Assembly: GCF_009914755.1 (NCBI RefSeq)
Contig: NC_060937.1
DNA from: the human T2T-CHM13v2.0 reference genome, Homo sapiens
Direction: 5' to 3' (one strand)
DNA length: 64,000 nucleotides
Below the pieces are notes generated by a model. That model made no database searches. It was not told where the DNA came from and saw nothing but the letters and a program-made list of their open reading frames with translations. The translations under genes and the position numbers were made by a program. Shown here piece after piece: positions 41,083 through 59,205 of this stretch (its first letter is position 1; each line of letters opens with the position of its first letter).

Positions 41083-43028
41083 GTCTCTTCGATATACTGG
41101 TTTCCTTTCTTTGAGAATACACCTAGGAATAGGATTGCTGGATCATATAGTAGTTCTATTTTTAGTTTTTTGAGGAGCCTCCCAACTGTTCTTCAGAGTG
41201 GTTGTACTAATTTGCATTCCCACCAACAGTGTTCAAGGATTCCCTTTTCTCCACAGCCTCTCCAGCATTTGTCATTGCATGTCTCTTGGATAAAAGCAAT
41301 TTTAACTGGGGTGAGATGATATCTCATAGTTTTGATTTTCACTTTAATGGTTAATATTGTTGAGTACCTTTTCATATACCTGTTTTCCATTTGTATGTCT
41401 TTTGATAAATATCTATTAAGATATTTTGCCCATTTTTAAATTGGATTATTAAATTTTTTTTTCTTGTAGAGTTGTTTGAGCTCCTTATATATTCTGGTTA
41501 TTATTCCCTTGTCAGACAGGTAGTTTGCAAATATTTTCTCCCATTTTGTGGGTTGTCTTTTCTCTCTGTTGATTGTTTCCACTGTTGTGCAGAAGCTTCT
41601 TAATTTGATATGATCCCATTTGCCCACTTTTGCTTTGATTGCCTGTGTTTTTGGGGTATTATTCAAGAACTCTTTGCCCTCCAATGTCCTGGAGAGCTTC
41701 TCCAATGCTTTCTTTTAGTAGTTGCATAGTTTGGGGTCTTAGATTTAAGTTGTGAATCCATTTTTACTTGATTTTTGTATGTGGTGAGAGATAGAAGTCT
41801 AGTTTCATTCTTCTGCATATGGATATCTTGTTTTCTCAACACCGTTTATTGAAGAGACTCTCCTTTCTCCAATGTATGTTCTTGACACTTTTGTTGAAAA
41901 TGAATTCACTGTGCATGTATAGATTTATTCTACTCCATTGGTCTATGTTTCTGTTTTTATGCCAGTACCATGCTGTTTTGGTTACTGTAGCTCTGTAATT
42001 TGAAATCAAGTAATGTGATTCCTCCAGTTTTGTTCTTTTTGCTCAGGATAGCTTTGGCTCCTCTGAGTATTTTATCATTCTACATAAATTTTAAGATTAT
42101 TTTCCTATTTTTGTGAAGAATGTCATTGGTATTTCAATAACAATTGCACTGAATCTGTAGATTGCTTTAGGTAATATGGACACTTTAACAATATTGATCC
42201 AATTCATGAATATGGAATATCTTTCCATTTTCTGTGTGTCCTCATCAGCTTCTTTTATCGAGTATTTTACTGTTTTCATTGTAGAGATCTTTCATTTCTT
42301 TGGTTAAGTTTATTCCTACATATTTTATTTTATTTGTAGTGATTATAGATGGGATTATTTTCTTGACTTCTTTTTCAGATTGTTCACTGTCGACATGTAA
42401 AATTGCTACTGTTTTTTGTAATTTGAGTTTGTGTCCTGCAAGTTTACTGAATTTGTTTAACAGTTCTAACAGCTTTTTGGTGGTGTCTTTAGTTTTTTCA
42501 AATATAAGGTCATGTCATCTGCAAACAAGGATAATGTGACTTTTCTTTTCCAGTTTGGATGTCCTTTATTCTTTTCACTTGCCTGATTGCTCCAGCTAGC
42601 ACTTCTAGTACTATGTTGAATAACAGTGGAAAGTGGGCATCCTTGTGTTCCAGATCATAGAGGAAATGCTTTCCATCTTTGTCATTCAATGTAATATTAG
42701 CTGTGGGTCTGTTGTATATGGCTTTTATTTGCTGAGGTATGTTCTTTCTGTACCAGATTTTCTGAGGTTTTCATCATGAGGGGATGCTGAATTATATCAA
42801 ATGTTGTCTTAGAATCAATTAAAATGATAATACAGTTATTGTCTTTCATTCTGTTGATATGATGTATCACGTTGATGGATTTGCATATGTTGACTCATCT
42901 TTGAATGCCTGGGATAAATCCTGCTTGGTCATAATGAATGATGTTTTTAATGTGTTCTTGAACTCGGTTTGCTAGTATTTTGATGAGAATTTTTGCATCA
43001 ATGTTCATCAGGGATTCTGCACAGTAGA

Positions 43029-43089
<61 letters not shown>

Positions 43090-43098
43090 TCCTTTCTT

Positions 43099-43150
<52 letters not shown>

Positions 43151-46100
43151 TTTCTTTCTGACTTTGTTTGGTTTTTGTGTCAGGGTGATACTGGCCTCAT
43201 AGAATGGATTTGGAAATATTCCCTCATCCTCTATTTTTCAGACTAGTTTGAGTAAGATTGGTATTACTTCTTGAAAAGTTTGGTAAATTTTGCTAAATAA
43301 GCCTTCAGGTACTGGGATTTTCTTTGCTAGGAGACTTTATTTTCTGGCTTCAATCTCAGTTCTTGCTGTTGATCTGTTCAGGTTTTAGATGTCTTCATTG
43401 TTCAATTCTAAGAGGTTGCATTGTCTAGGAATGTATCCCTTTTTTCTACAGTTTCCACTTTATTGGCATATAGTTGCTCGTAGTAACCTCTAATAATCCT
43501 TTGAATTTCTGCAGTATTGGTTGTAATGTCTCCTTTTTCATCTCTGATTTTATTTATTTGGGACTTCTCTCTTTCTGTGTTTCTAAAGGTTTGATGATTT
43601 TATTTATCTTTTCAAAAAAAGCCACTTTTCCTTTTGTTGATTGTTTATATTTTTATTTCAGTTTCCTTTATTCATGCTCTGAGCTTTTTTATTTCTTTTC
43701 TTCTACTAATTCTGAGTTAGTTTTGCTCCTGCTTTTCTAGTTTATTAATATTCTTTGTTATGTTGTTTACTTGAAGTTTTTTTCTACTTTTTTGATGTAA
43801 GTGCTTACTGCCATTAACTTTCTCCTTAGAACAGCTTTTGCTATATCCCATATGTTTTGGTATGTTACCTTTCCATTATCATTTGTTTCAAGAAATTTTT
43901 TAATTTCCTTCTTATTTTCTTCATTAACCCACTACCTATTCAGTACATATTGTTTAATTTTCATGTGTTTGCATTTTCCAAAATTCCTCTTATTGATTTC
44001 TAGTTTTATTCCGTTGTGGTAAGAGGAATTACTTGAAATACTTTTAATTTTTTGAATACAGTAAGGCCTGTTTTGTGGTCTTACATATGGGCTATCCTTG
44101 AGAATGATCCATGTTGTGAGGAGAAGAATGTGTATTCTGCAGCTGTTGGATGACACGTTCTGTAAATATCTACTAGGTCTATTTGGTCTATTGTACAGAT
44201 TAAATCCAATGTTTCTTTGTTGATTTTCTGTCTGGAAGCTCTGTCCAATGCTGAAAGTGGGATGTTGAAGTCTCCAGCTATTATTGTATTAGAGTCTATC
44301 TCTCTCTTTAGCTCTAATAATATTTGATATATATCTGGGTGCTCCAGTGTTGGGTGCACATATATTTGCAAATTGTTATATCCTCTTGCTGAATTGACCC
44401 CTTTATCAGTATATCATGACCTTGTCTCTTTTTATAATTTTTTTCTTGAAATATATTTTGTCTGATTTAAGTATAGCTTTCCTGTTCTTTTCTAGTTTCC
44501 ATTTGCATGAAATATATTTTTCCATCCCTTTATTTTCAGGCTATGTGTGTCTTTATAGGTGAGGTATGTTTCTTATAGGCAACAGATTATTGGATTATTT
44601 AAAAAAATATTCAACCACTCTATGTCTTCTGCTTGGGGGATTTAGTTCATTTACATTCCATATTACTATTAAGGACTTACTTCTGCCATTTTCTTATTTG
44701 TTTTCTGGTTGTTTTGTGGTTTTCCTTCTTTCATTCCTTCCTGTTCCTGTTACTGAGGGTGATTTTCTCGGGTTCTGTGTTTTAATTTATTGTTTTTAAT
44801 TTTTTGTATATCTGTTGTGGTTTTGGATTTGAATTTACCATGAGGCTTGCAAATAACGTCTTATAATCTATTGTTTTAAACCGAAGACAACACTGATTGC
44901 ATAAACAAAGAGAAAACTATTAAAAACTCTCTACACTTTAAGTTTATTCCCCTGCTTTTTAACTTTTTGTTGTTTCTATTTATCTTATTATATATACTAT
45001 GTCTTGAAAAGTTATAGTTATTATTTTTGATATGTTCATTTTTTAGTCTTTCTACTCAAAGTATGAGTAGTTTATACACTATCATTACAGTGTTCTAATA
45101 TTGTGTTTTTCCATGTACTTACTATCACCAGAAAGTTGTATAACTTCAGATAATTTCTTATTGCTCATTAATGTCCTTTTTCTTCAGGTTGAAGAACTCC
45201 CTGTAACATTTCTTGTAGGACAGGTCTGGTGTTAACAATATCCCTCAGCTTTGGTTTGTCTTGGAAAGTCTTTATTTCTCTTTCATGTTTGAGGGAATTT
45301 TTGGCTGGTTATACTATCCCAGGATAAAAGCTTTTTTGTTTGTTTGTTTCCCTTCAGCACTTTAAATGTCTCATGCCACTCTCTCCTGGCCTGTAAGGTT
45401 TCCACTGAGAAGTCGGCTGCCAAACATATTGAAGCCTCTTCGTATGTTATTTCTTTCATTCGTCTTTCTGCTTTTAGTATCCTTTCTTTATTCTTTACTT
45501 TTAGAAGTTTGATTATTACATGTCTTGAGATAGTCTTATTTGGGTTAAATTAACTAGGTGTTCTATACCCTTCTTGTACTTGAATATTGATATCTTTCTC
45601 TAGGTTTGGAAATTTCTGTTATTTTCTTTTTGAATAAACCTTCCACCCCTATCTCTGTACTTTCTCTTTAAGGCCAATTACTCAGATTTGTTCTTTTGAG
45701 GGTATTTTCTAGACCTTGAAGGCATGTTTCATTCTTCTTTGTTCTCTTTTCTTCTGTGTCCTCTGACTGTACGTTTTCAAATAGCCTGTCTTTAAGCTCT
45801 CTAATTATTTCTTTTGCTTGTCAATTCTGCTGTTAAGAGACTCTGATGCATTCTTCGGTATGTCAGTTGCATTTTCAGCTCCAGAATTTCTGCTTTATTC
45901 TTTTCAATTATTTTGATCTCTGTTAAATTTATCTTACAGGGTTCTGAATATCTTCTCTATGTTATCTTGAATTTTATTGAGCTTCCTTAACACAGCTATT
46001 TTGAATTCTTTCTGTGAAAGGTCACATATCTCTGTCTTTGTAGGACTGGTCACTAGTGCCTTATTTACTTCATTTGTTAAGGTAATATTTTCCTGCATGG

Positions 46101-48125
46101 TTTTGCCTTTGTGGGTATTTGTTAATGTCTTGAGATTGAAAAGTTTGGTGTTTATTGTAGTGTTTGGAATCTGGGCTTATTTGTAGCCATCCTTCTTGGG
46201 AAGGCTTTCCAAATATTCAAAGGCACATAGGTGTTATAATCTAAGTCTTTGGTCATTGCAGCCATATCTGCATTAGGGGACACCCCAAGCTCCGTAATAT
46301 TGTGACTCTTGCAGACTAGAAGAGATGTTCTTGGTTTTCCTAGGTTAGATCTGGGAGAATTCCCTTGACTACTAGGAAGAGATTCTTTTTCTTCTCCCTT
46401 ACTTTTCCCCAAACAAACAGAGTCTCTCTGTCTGTATTGAGCTGCTTGGAGCTGGGCATGTGTTACATAAGCATTCCTGTGGTCACCACCACTGGGATTG
46501 TGCTGGGTCAGACCTAAGCCAACACAGCCCTGGATCTCAGAGCCTATGGTGACCACTGCCTGGCTACTGCCTATGTTCACTCAAGGCCTACAGGCTCTAC
46601 AATCAGCAGGTGGTGAATCTAGCCAGGCTTCTCTCCTTCCCTTCAGGGTGGCAACTTCACGAAAATTTCAGGAAAGTCCATAGATGCCATCAAGGAGCCA
46701 GGATCTGGAGTTGGGTATTCAGGAATCTACCTGTGCTCCATTCTGCTGCAGATGAGTTGGCACCCAAGCCATAAGACAAAGATCTTCCCACACTTCCCTC
46801 CCCTTCCCACAAGCAGAGGAGTCTCTCCCCGTTGGCCACCACTGTCCCAGACACTCAGTGAGTATGGCTGCTGGCAGCTGCCAGTATTCATTCAAGGCCC
46901 AGGGGCTCTTCAGCCTGTGGTGAATGATGTTAGTCCTGAGTCTCTCCATACAGGGCAGTGAGCTGATTGAGAGCAGGTCCATAAATGCCATCCAAGAGCC
47001 AAGGCCTGGAATGGTGGACCCCAGGAGCCCACTTGGTGCTCTACTACACTGGGGCTGAGATGGCACCCAAGACTCAATACAAAATCCCCTCTACTCTTCC
47101 CTCTCCTTTCCTCTAACAGGTTCTCTCCTCATAGCCACCACAGCTGTGGATGTGCTGGCTCACACCTGAAGCCAGCATGGCTCTGAGTCTCACCTAAGGC
47201 CTGTGCTAAGTACTGCCTGGCCCCTACTGCTGATTATTCAGGGCCCAAGCTCCCTTTAGTCAGCAGGTAATGAATCCTACTAGGACTAGATTTCTATTTC
47301 AAGTCTGCCAGTTACCTTCTGGCCCAGGGTGTGTCTAGAAATGTCATTCATGACTAGGGCTTGGAATAGGGGCCTCAGGTCTCTGTCTGGTGCCCTATTT
47401 TATTGTGGCTCAGCTCATATCCAAATTGCAAAAAAAAGTCCTCTTTACTCTCTCTCTTCTCTCTTCAAACGGAGGGAAGGAACCTCGCCCGGAGCTGCAA
47501 GTTGTGCTGCCTGGGGTTTGGGGAAGGGTGATGCAAACATACCCTTGGCTGCCCCAGCTGGTGTAAGTCCCATGCACTCCAATCTGGCTCCAAGCTCAGG
47601 GCAGTACCAGGGCTTGCCCAGGAATTGCAATCCTTGTGGACTTTCAAGTCCTTTCAAGTTTATTTAGAACCCCAGAGCACTTTAATCCATGGTGGTGTAG
47701 CTTGCAAGAACTCAGGTTCCAACCACTGGGATAAGCTATTGGCTTCTGGTTAAGACTGGTCTAAATGCTTCCTCCTTGGGTGCTGGCTCAGTTCTGCCCT
47801 GTGCTGCTTTCTGCCGTGACAGGACAGCACTGAGTTCCAATGTGAAGTCGCACAATGACCATGCTCTCCCTCCCCCAAGCACACTAATCGTCTCTCTGTG
47901 CCATGGAGCCACTGCTAGGGGATGGGGCAGGGGTGTTGTAGGTGAGTCAAGACTATCTTCCCTTCCCTCTTCATTGCCTCTTTCCTTAACATGATGTTAA
48001 AACCAGGTGCTGTGATCACTCATCTGATTTTTGGTGCTTTTTCGTGTGGATAGTTGTTCAATTTGGTGTTCCTGCATGGAGAATGATCAGTGGAAGGTTC
48101 GATTTGGTCATCTTGCCCTACCTCC
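41083..48125 (-). mobile_element. Near-full-length old L1 (L1M2-type 5' end, L1MA lineage): 5' UTR about 46100-48125, decayed ORF1 and ORF2, 3' UTR missing
   Basis: The 5' end reverse complement is GGAGGTAGGGCAAGATGACCAA...GGAACACCAAATTGAACAACTATCCACAC. ORF fragments are endonuclease-like (IIAGDFNIPLSALDR, 44081-44371) and ORF2 C-terminal ([11 protein letters not shown]; [30 protein letters not shown]). Confidence 0.9.
43030..43158. repeat. (TTTC)n/(TC)n microsatellite inside the old L1
   Basis: Long TTTC arrays seen directly. Confidence 0.97.
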
Positions 48126-48336
48126 TAACTCCTTGTTATACTCTTAATTCTGTGATAACATCCTTTCCCTGGAGTGTTATTACAACTGTTGATAAACAGA
48201 TAAAGAGCTTACTATTATTATAAGAGGAAAAGTCTATTAGTGAACGTAGCTTCAGATCTGAGGCAAAAGAGGCCTGTTCACTCTTAATCTGTGAAATATA
48301 AAGTCTTTTTTGTTGTTGCTGTTGTTGTTGTTCCTC

Positions 48337-51941
<3,605 letters not shown>

Positions 51942-52499
51942 CATCTTATCTACATAGTCACAGGCAATATGGAGAATTGCAGGGAGGTCTTTTAGTGTAG
52001 TATAGAGAATACACACTCTGTAGTGTATAGACTAATAAGATAAATACAACCCCAAGCTTACCACCCAGAAAAGTCACTCCTCTTTCACAGGTATCGGCGA
52101 GTAAGGCATACGGAGAGAAGAATTATTCTACTCCAGCTGAAATCTTTCCACTTGGAAACATTATGTCATGGCAAAGGAAACTGTCCATTTATAGATATAA
52201 CAAGTATTACAGCTCCCATTTCAAAAATAACAAAACTAAAGTTCAGAAATGTTAAGTAACTTAACAAAGATTATACAGGAAGGACACTGTGGAGCCTGGG
52301 CTCAGACTTTTTAAATCTGAGTAAACACCTTGGAACATCTTCTATGTACTTGAATATCTTCCATGAGTATAGAATAATATAGATAGATATGGGGCATAAG
52401 ATATAGTGAAGTCAGTTAGCACCTTTGCCTTTAAGATATTTTAATCAAATTGGGGAGTACAAAATTTAGGATAATTTCAGCACAGTTCTATCTATATGA

Positions 52500-52800
52500 A
52501 ATTTGAATGAGAATTCCAGGAGCAGACTGAGACAATGCTCTTTTATGTCAAAAGTAGGTTGGTTATGGTCATAGGCAGCTTCCCAGATGAGGTGATGGCT
52601 AAGTTGAATCTTGAAGGATAGTAAAAACTAGCCAGCTTAGGGGGGTAGAGGATGAATGACGGAAGGCAATTCTGAGTAGAAGGAGTTATGGTGCAAAGAT
52701 ACAAGACAACATGAAAAAGTAGAAGGATGGCAAATTGTTCCAAATGACTGGGGTAAGTAGCACAAATGAGGGAGTGTTAAGATACGAGACTGTGAATATT
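52500..52800 (-). mobile_element. L2 remnant
   Basis: GGCAGCTTCCCAGATGAGGTGATGGCTAAGTTGAATCTTGAAGGATAGTA...TGCAAAG. Confidence 0.6.
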
Positions 52801-55800
52801 GACTTTTACTTAGTCAAGAATCTACTACCTGCCAGACACAGTATTGTGTGCAGAGAGAAAAACAGCAATGAATAAGATAGATGGTGTTTAGGTGCTCAAA
52901 TGACACCATCTAATAAACACTCTGATTGGAGAAGGGAGTGCTGCTCTAGAAGTACAGGAAGCAGCACCTACTTTGACCTGAGATGGACGTGGTTATGTAA
53001 ATAGCTTCCTAGCAAAGGAACATCCAACTTCAGGAATGACGTATAAGCAGGGTTTTACCTGAACTAAGGTAGAGGAAGAAAATTCTAAGAAGGGGAAATG
53101 GGATGCGCAAAATAAAAAGGCAGAACAAGGAGAGGACAGTTTGTAAATTGAAAAACACTGGAGAACGGAATCTGAAGCAAAGACATTGATTCAGCCAAAA
53201 ATTGATGATATTCTAAGAAAAAAACATGTATAGTCTATCATCACTTTAGTAACTGTTACTTTTATAGCATCACTTCTAACACCTGTGATTCCTTGGGAAT
53301 TATTTTTTAGCACTGCAGGCCAAAAAGACATCAGAAGGGTCAATCACATGACTATACATACAGCTGTTGAGAGGCTGCTAACTTGCCCCAGAATTCAACA
53401 CCGATCATATAAATTCTATACATTTCAGGACTGTATTTTCATCCCATTGACTGTAGGCTTTTCTCTTGTCAAAATAAAAACGTCCGTATGACTCTAATAT
53501 TTGCCTTTGCTGGTATGAATACCATAGCAGGTATAAACTATTCATATTTGATGGAATTAGAATAGAAACTTAAAACTTGACATGGAGCACCTGTTCTACA
53601 GTGTCAGAGCTGACTCAAATTTTACTTTTATTCACAAAATAGGACCAATAACAGGGCTTGTACATGGGGGTTTTGCAAATCAAATTATAAGCAAGAGGAC
53701 CTCAAAACTAACCTCTGAGATAAAGGGTTTTTTTCTGCATTTTCAATATACTTCCTTATAGATTTAGATGGAAAACTTGTTTCAATGTTTCGCCTAAGTA
53801 ATAGATGCTTTATTGATACCTCAGAATCATTAGAAGTTTCATACACATTTGGTATGTATTTATTTTGTTATTTCAACACTTATATAACTTCTAATCGATA
53901 TTTGAAGGAGGAAGAATTGCTTTCCTGTTTTACAACAGTTTATATGTTGCTATGTTATAATGTGACATGCTTAAATGGGATCTCAAATCTCATAAATAAA
54001 ATAATCTGTGAGGTAAAACAAAAATTTAACAATATAAAAAGGAAATCAAATATGATTTATGAAAGTAAAGTAACAGCTTTAAAATATTTTGAAAAAACAA
54101 CTCTACATTTTAGAGAAAAACATTACAAAGAATGGAATCGTCAGCATTAAATATTTGCTCGAAAACAGCCATCCTTAATTTTTAATGATGCTAACAATAG
54201 CAGCAATCCAGCCTCTTGTTTTGTTTTGTTTACGTGATGTGGTTATTTCGCCATTATTTTGACAAGTGGAGTTCAGAGGGAGTTCACTGAGAGATACCAC
54301 ATCCTTTGGAAGATGCAAGGCTGGCACTGGAAGCCACTGGGGACTCTGCTTCACAGTCTAGATACAAACATGCTTAAAACAATTTGGAATTTTCTATTTC
54401 ATGTCCTGCCTCTAGCTATCTTATTTGTTGGAATCTGTGATCAGATTACAGAAAGATTACACTTTAACCTATATTTAATCTAAACTAAATAGATATCAGA
54501 AGCCATGTTAAGAAATTCAATTTTGTTGCTTTTAAGAGCCAGGTGGAGGGTGGTGTTTTATTTTGGTATATTAACTGTTGCTGAGCAACATAAGTTGTTT
54601 TCAATATAGTTTATATCAGTGAAGGGCAAATGTAAGTTGTTCCTTCATTTCAAGGGGATGCTTTCTATAAAATTTCCTCTACAGATACCAGCATCTCTAT
54701 AGACAAGAGGTCAGAAAGAATTCTCACAAAATGTGTGTTGGAGAAAATCTTAGGGGAAAAATATGACTCCTAAATGGTATTTCGAAGTTTCAGACATTGC
54801 AGCCTTGTCCTTTTGTATACAGTGGTTACATTTTTTTTTTGTAATAGTAAAGTCCAGCTTGTCATTCTATCCTTTTCAATTATTGTTCTTTTTATTGCTA
54901 TTTGAAGCCAGTAACTTTACAATCCATTCGAAGCTCATCTTTAGTAAGCATTTACAGTTGAACAGACTCGGGTTATTCTCTTTATTACTTCCAAGCTTCA
55001 TAAGGGCTAAGCAGTTTCATAAGACTTTCCTATCCACCATAAAGATGAAGCAACACGTAAGAGACTTCATGATGCCTTTTTAAAAATTATGTGCATGCCT
55101 CACTTTTGTTGTATAGATGACAAGACCACTTTTAATTTGACTTGCATATTATTTTAAAATTACTTACAGCAACTTGACTTTTTTTAAAAACCAAAGAATA
55201 TTTTTGAGGAGTTCTAGGAATACAACTTTTTCACTAATCGTGAGATGTCTCAGGTCTTACAAGAAAACAGAAAGGCCACAGGTTTGTTTTTTTTTTCACA
55301 TTGCTTAAAGGAAAATCAAATAACCCATGTAACAAATGAAAACAAAGATAGGAAAAAAACATAAAATTGCGCAAAAGACTGCTACACCTCTAAGATGAAA
55401 TCTTTTCCATTTTAAACTGCTGGCAAATTTTTATGTAATTTCTTTGAGGAAATAATTGAAGTAAAATGTTAATAAAATTTAATTAACTGCACAATAAACT
55501 CTCTTTACTGTCTACATGATATGGTTTTTTTCTTGTTTCAAACAAGGAAGAGCAATTAATCTTTCCTTTTGAAACAAAGAGGTATACAAGAACTCTGAAA
55601 AATTATATGCTATGGGGTTGGAGAAATTGTTGGCTTAGTTTTTGCTTTTTGGTTAAGGGGACTGAATGTATTCTAAATTGACACTTGCAAGATGCTTCTG
55701 TTTGGACTATTGGAAGCCAATTCAGGTCTGCTGTTCTTGAGAGTATATAAAATGAACACTGTTATGTAGTTTCACTGACAGAGGCGCACTCATGCAAAGC

Positions 55801-56859
55801 AAGATGGATGGAATGTCTGTTTTCTCTATCATGGGATCCCCATTTAGTGACCCAGATGAGGACTGAGTGAACTTGTCACACACGCATGACAGAGCCAGAT
55901 ATGACTTTTTAAATGAAGCTCCAAATCTCATATAGATTTGAAGTTGCTGCTAGAGCACAAAATTTGTCATAAAAGACTTGTCAGTACAGAGTTCATTAAG
56001 GTAAAGGATGATAGCACTTTATCTGGACACAATTGAGCTCTCCTCTGGTAGCCTAATCTTCAGTTAAAACAGAGTTGTGTTTTGTTGTGTTTCTTCTCTT
56101 TAAAGACTTTTAAAAATGATTTCATTAAGCTTTTCCTTGTTCTTTACTCCAAACTCAAAAGTTTCTTGTAAAATTTTCCCCCAATTTTATTTTTTTTTCT
56201 TTGTTTAATTTAGACATGTGTTTATGATGTCCGCTCACAGTCACTTGGGACTTGCCTGAGTCTTTAGGTGAGGTGTTAAGCTTCTCAGGGCAGAATTGTA
56301 ATGCTTAGGTGAAAGACCAGGCTCTTAATCACTGGCTCTGCGACTGCCCCACTAGAAATTCTATGGCTTCCATTGAATTTTCTTTTATTTAGGGTCCAGA
56401 GATCAATAAAAGTATTCACTATCACAAGACTGTCCAGGACTTAAGATAGATCCAAACGTGACAATGTCATGAAAGGCTTAATTCCCAATTACAAGTAGCT
56501 TTGTCAGAAGCAGTTTCTATGTTTTCAAATATATCATTTTGATAGCAATTTACTATGAACTTCAGCATAATTTTAATATATACATCTTCCTGAAAGAACT
56601 TTAAAGATGTTTTCATCTATTTGTACCACCCCTACCCACTCACCATTCTAATTCAAGGAATAGTCCCATGAGGTTATTAGGGGCACAACTCCTATTATCC
56701 TCATTTTACATGTGGGAAAAACAAAAGAAAGGCAAAGTAATTTAGTCTATTCTTGTTTAGGAAAGTAAGAAAATGGCCACTGATTTACCTTCTACTCCTG
56801 ATTTCCAGCTTAATGTACTTAGCCTGAACTGAGATAAAATATCAAATCAGTATCAGGAA

Positions 56860-57290
56860 CATGCTGATGCTCCATCCAGTCCTCTTTTAGAACTAAAGAA
56901 ATTCTCCCTCAGCTGCTAGGAGTGTTGCCAGATGTCAGGCCTCCGTTGACAGCCTTTTCCAGGAATTGTTTGCAACCTAAGAGAGTTGCTATTCCTCTTT
57001 TCTGTGTAACCAGCACCCAGTGAATGTTCTCGGTAAGGGATATAAAGGCTTAGACAGTTGGCCCAAATTCAGTACATCTTTGAAGGATCGCCTCAGCTTC
57101 AGAACTTATCAGAAGACCAACTGAGGTTCCGGTTGAGAATGCATTACAGAACACTTTCTTGCCTTGCCCAATCAATTCTACTTTCTTCCCTTTTTCCTAG
57201 AGGCTTTGATTCGGAGAGCAGTCTAGAATACACTTCCTGCAACCACATTTTTGTCTTTGAGTCTGCCCCCAAGAAATGTGACCAGTGACA
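56860..57290 (+). mobile_element. LTR16-like (ERVL) solo LTR
   Basis: CCCTCAGCTGCTAGGAGTGTTG, GGATATAAAGGC and TGCCCAATC; ends GTGACA. Confidence 0.65.
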
Positions 57291-57764
57291 CGATATTTAA
57301 AGTATATTAGGAAAACAAACCCACCAATCTTTAACACTTCAACTTTTTCCTGTTAATATATCTGATGTATGTTGAAATATTTTTCTTCTGTTACATTGTA
57401 TTCAAATAGCTTTTGACACAAAAAAATATAAGGGTCTTGATATTAAATATGTTAATAAAAATAATAAAATCAATTTATATGTTGGCAAATAATAAGGTTT
57501 TTGCCTTATGTCATTTTGAGTGTGAATTAATTTTTACATCAGTAAAATTACAGTAAAGTAATTATATTCAGGGCACATTTGAAAAGATCAAATAGCCTCA
57601 CTAGGTACACAGAATAACCATCCAAGTTTTGCTCTAAAACCATGGACAGGTTCTCGCCTTGTGCACATGATCCCCAGATGGAATGTTTCCTTCTATCTGA
57701 GACTCATTGCAAAATGTTTATTGAATCGTAGTATCATCCATGCTTTTTAATTTTAATGCAACGC

Positions 57765-58343
57765 ATCTGTTTTCTATTGCTATGTAACGAACTATCACAA
57801 ACACAGACTTAAGATATAATTTTACTTTATTTTAGTTTATTATTTTTCTCTTTGTTACATTTTTATCTCACAGTTTCCATGAGTCAAGAGCTAGGCTTCT
57901 CTGGGTCTTCTGCTCAGGCTGTCAGGAAAGTTGAATTCAAGGTGTTGGACATGTTGTGTTCTCATCTGGAGGTTCAGCTAGGGAAGGATCAGTTTGTTGT
58001 CAGCAGCACTCATTTCCTTGAAGCTATAGAATTCATTTAAAGTTGCTACTTCAAAGCCAGAAAAAGGGAGAGAGAAAGAGAGAAACAGACACTGGTGTTT
58101 TCCTTCCAATTCCGACCTTTAGACCACTGTTAAAATAGCTCACCTGATTAGGGCAGGCCCACCCACATTGGTCTTTTTATTAACTTAAAGTCAACTAATT
58201 GATTAGTTATGTCATCAAAATCCCTTCACCTTTGTCATGTTCTATTGTTTAGAAGCAGGTTCCATGTCCCACCACACTCAAGGGGAGAGAATTGCAAATA
58301 AATGTGGGCCATGAGAGTTATCTCAAGAATTGTGCCAACTGCA
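57765..58343 (-). mobile_element. MLT1E/F-like MaLR LTR
   Basis: TTTCTATTGCTATGTAAC, TTATCTCACAGTTTCCATG, TTAACTTAAAGTCAACT and CACACTCAAGGGGAG. Confidence 0.75.
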
Positions 58344-58779
58344 TGCAGTAAAAATATGTCTATTACAAAATCAGGTAGCATGATTTTTGAAGTTAAAAAC
58401 ATATTCACATAGGTAAGTATAATTTTACATAGAAGGTATAGAAAATATGTACATTTCAGCTTAGGAAGAATCCCAAGATTGGGGTCTTACTACCCTAACA
58501 TTGAAGTCCAAATAATTATTAGTCCATGGTTTCTTTGTCTGACTCTTTGGCTTTATGTTTTAATTCTTATGAGTGTCTATTCCCAGTCAGGCAAAGCCCC
58601 AAATTTTCTTCCTTGAGTAACACATTTCATTTTACTTCTGGGACTCAAATTTATCCAATGTCTCTAATCTCTCTTATTCAGATGACTAACTGCTTTGCAT
58701 AATTTTTGGCTTAGAGTTAATTATTCTTTCCCCAGAAAGACTGGCAATGTTTCTTTTTTCTTCAAAATGACAGTATATG

Positions 58780-59205
58780 TGCATTTATGGTTCCCTGAAC
58801 AAAATGCATGCCTCTTGTGTTGCACTGGAGAGTTTGAGCACATTATATACAATCCTTTATAGTTAGAATTGACCACATGACTTACTTTGACCAATGGAAA
58901 GTTACTGGATGTAAAAGAAGCAGAAGCCTTTGCACTGGCCTCTGGACCTTCTGTCAATTCACCATAAGGAGAATTTGTCTTGAGTAGCCACTGGTCTAAT
59001 GTGGATAAAAGAAAATTGAAGTAGGCCTGAACCTAACCCACTTTATGCTGGTTGACTTGCATCTTGAAGTATATCCACCCAGAAGAGCCTAGCCAAGACT
59101 GGCTTAACTATAATCCGTTCTAGTCAGGCCAGGTGTGTCATTCAAGTCACTGAATTTTGCAGTGGTCTGTTAGGTAGCATTATCACAGAAATGGTTGCAT
59201 AAAAC
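58780..59205 (+). mobile_element. MLT1H/I-like MaLR LTR
   Basis: CATGACTTACTTTGACCAATGGAA and AAGTCACTGAATTTTG...TGTTAGGTAGCATT. Confidence 0.6.

Noticed and set aside
52078-52106. Acceptor TCTTTCACAG followed 10 nt later by GTAAGG
   Set aside because: Not frame-preserving, and the donor is weaker; likely chance.
53785-55083. 121-aa and 106-aa ORFs in unique DNA (also 37809-38129)
   Set aside because: AT-biased composition, no recognisable motifs and no bounding splice sites; the lengths are compatible with chance.
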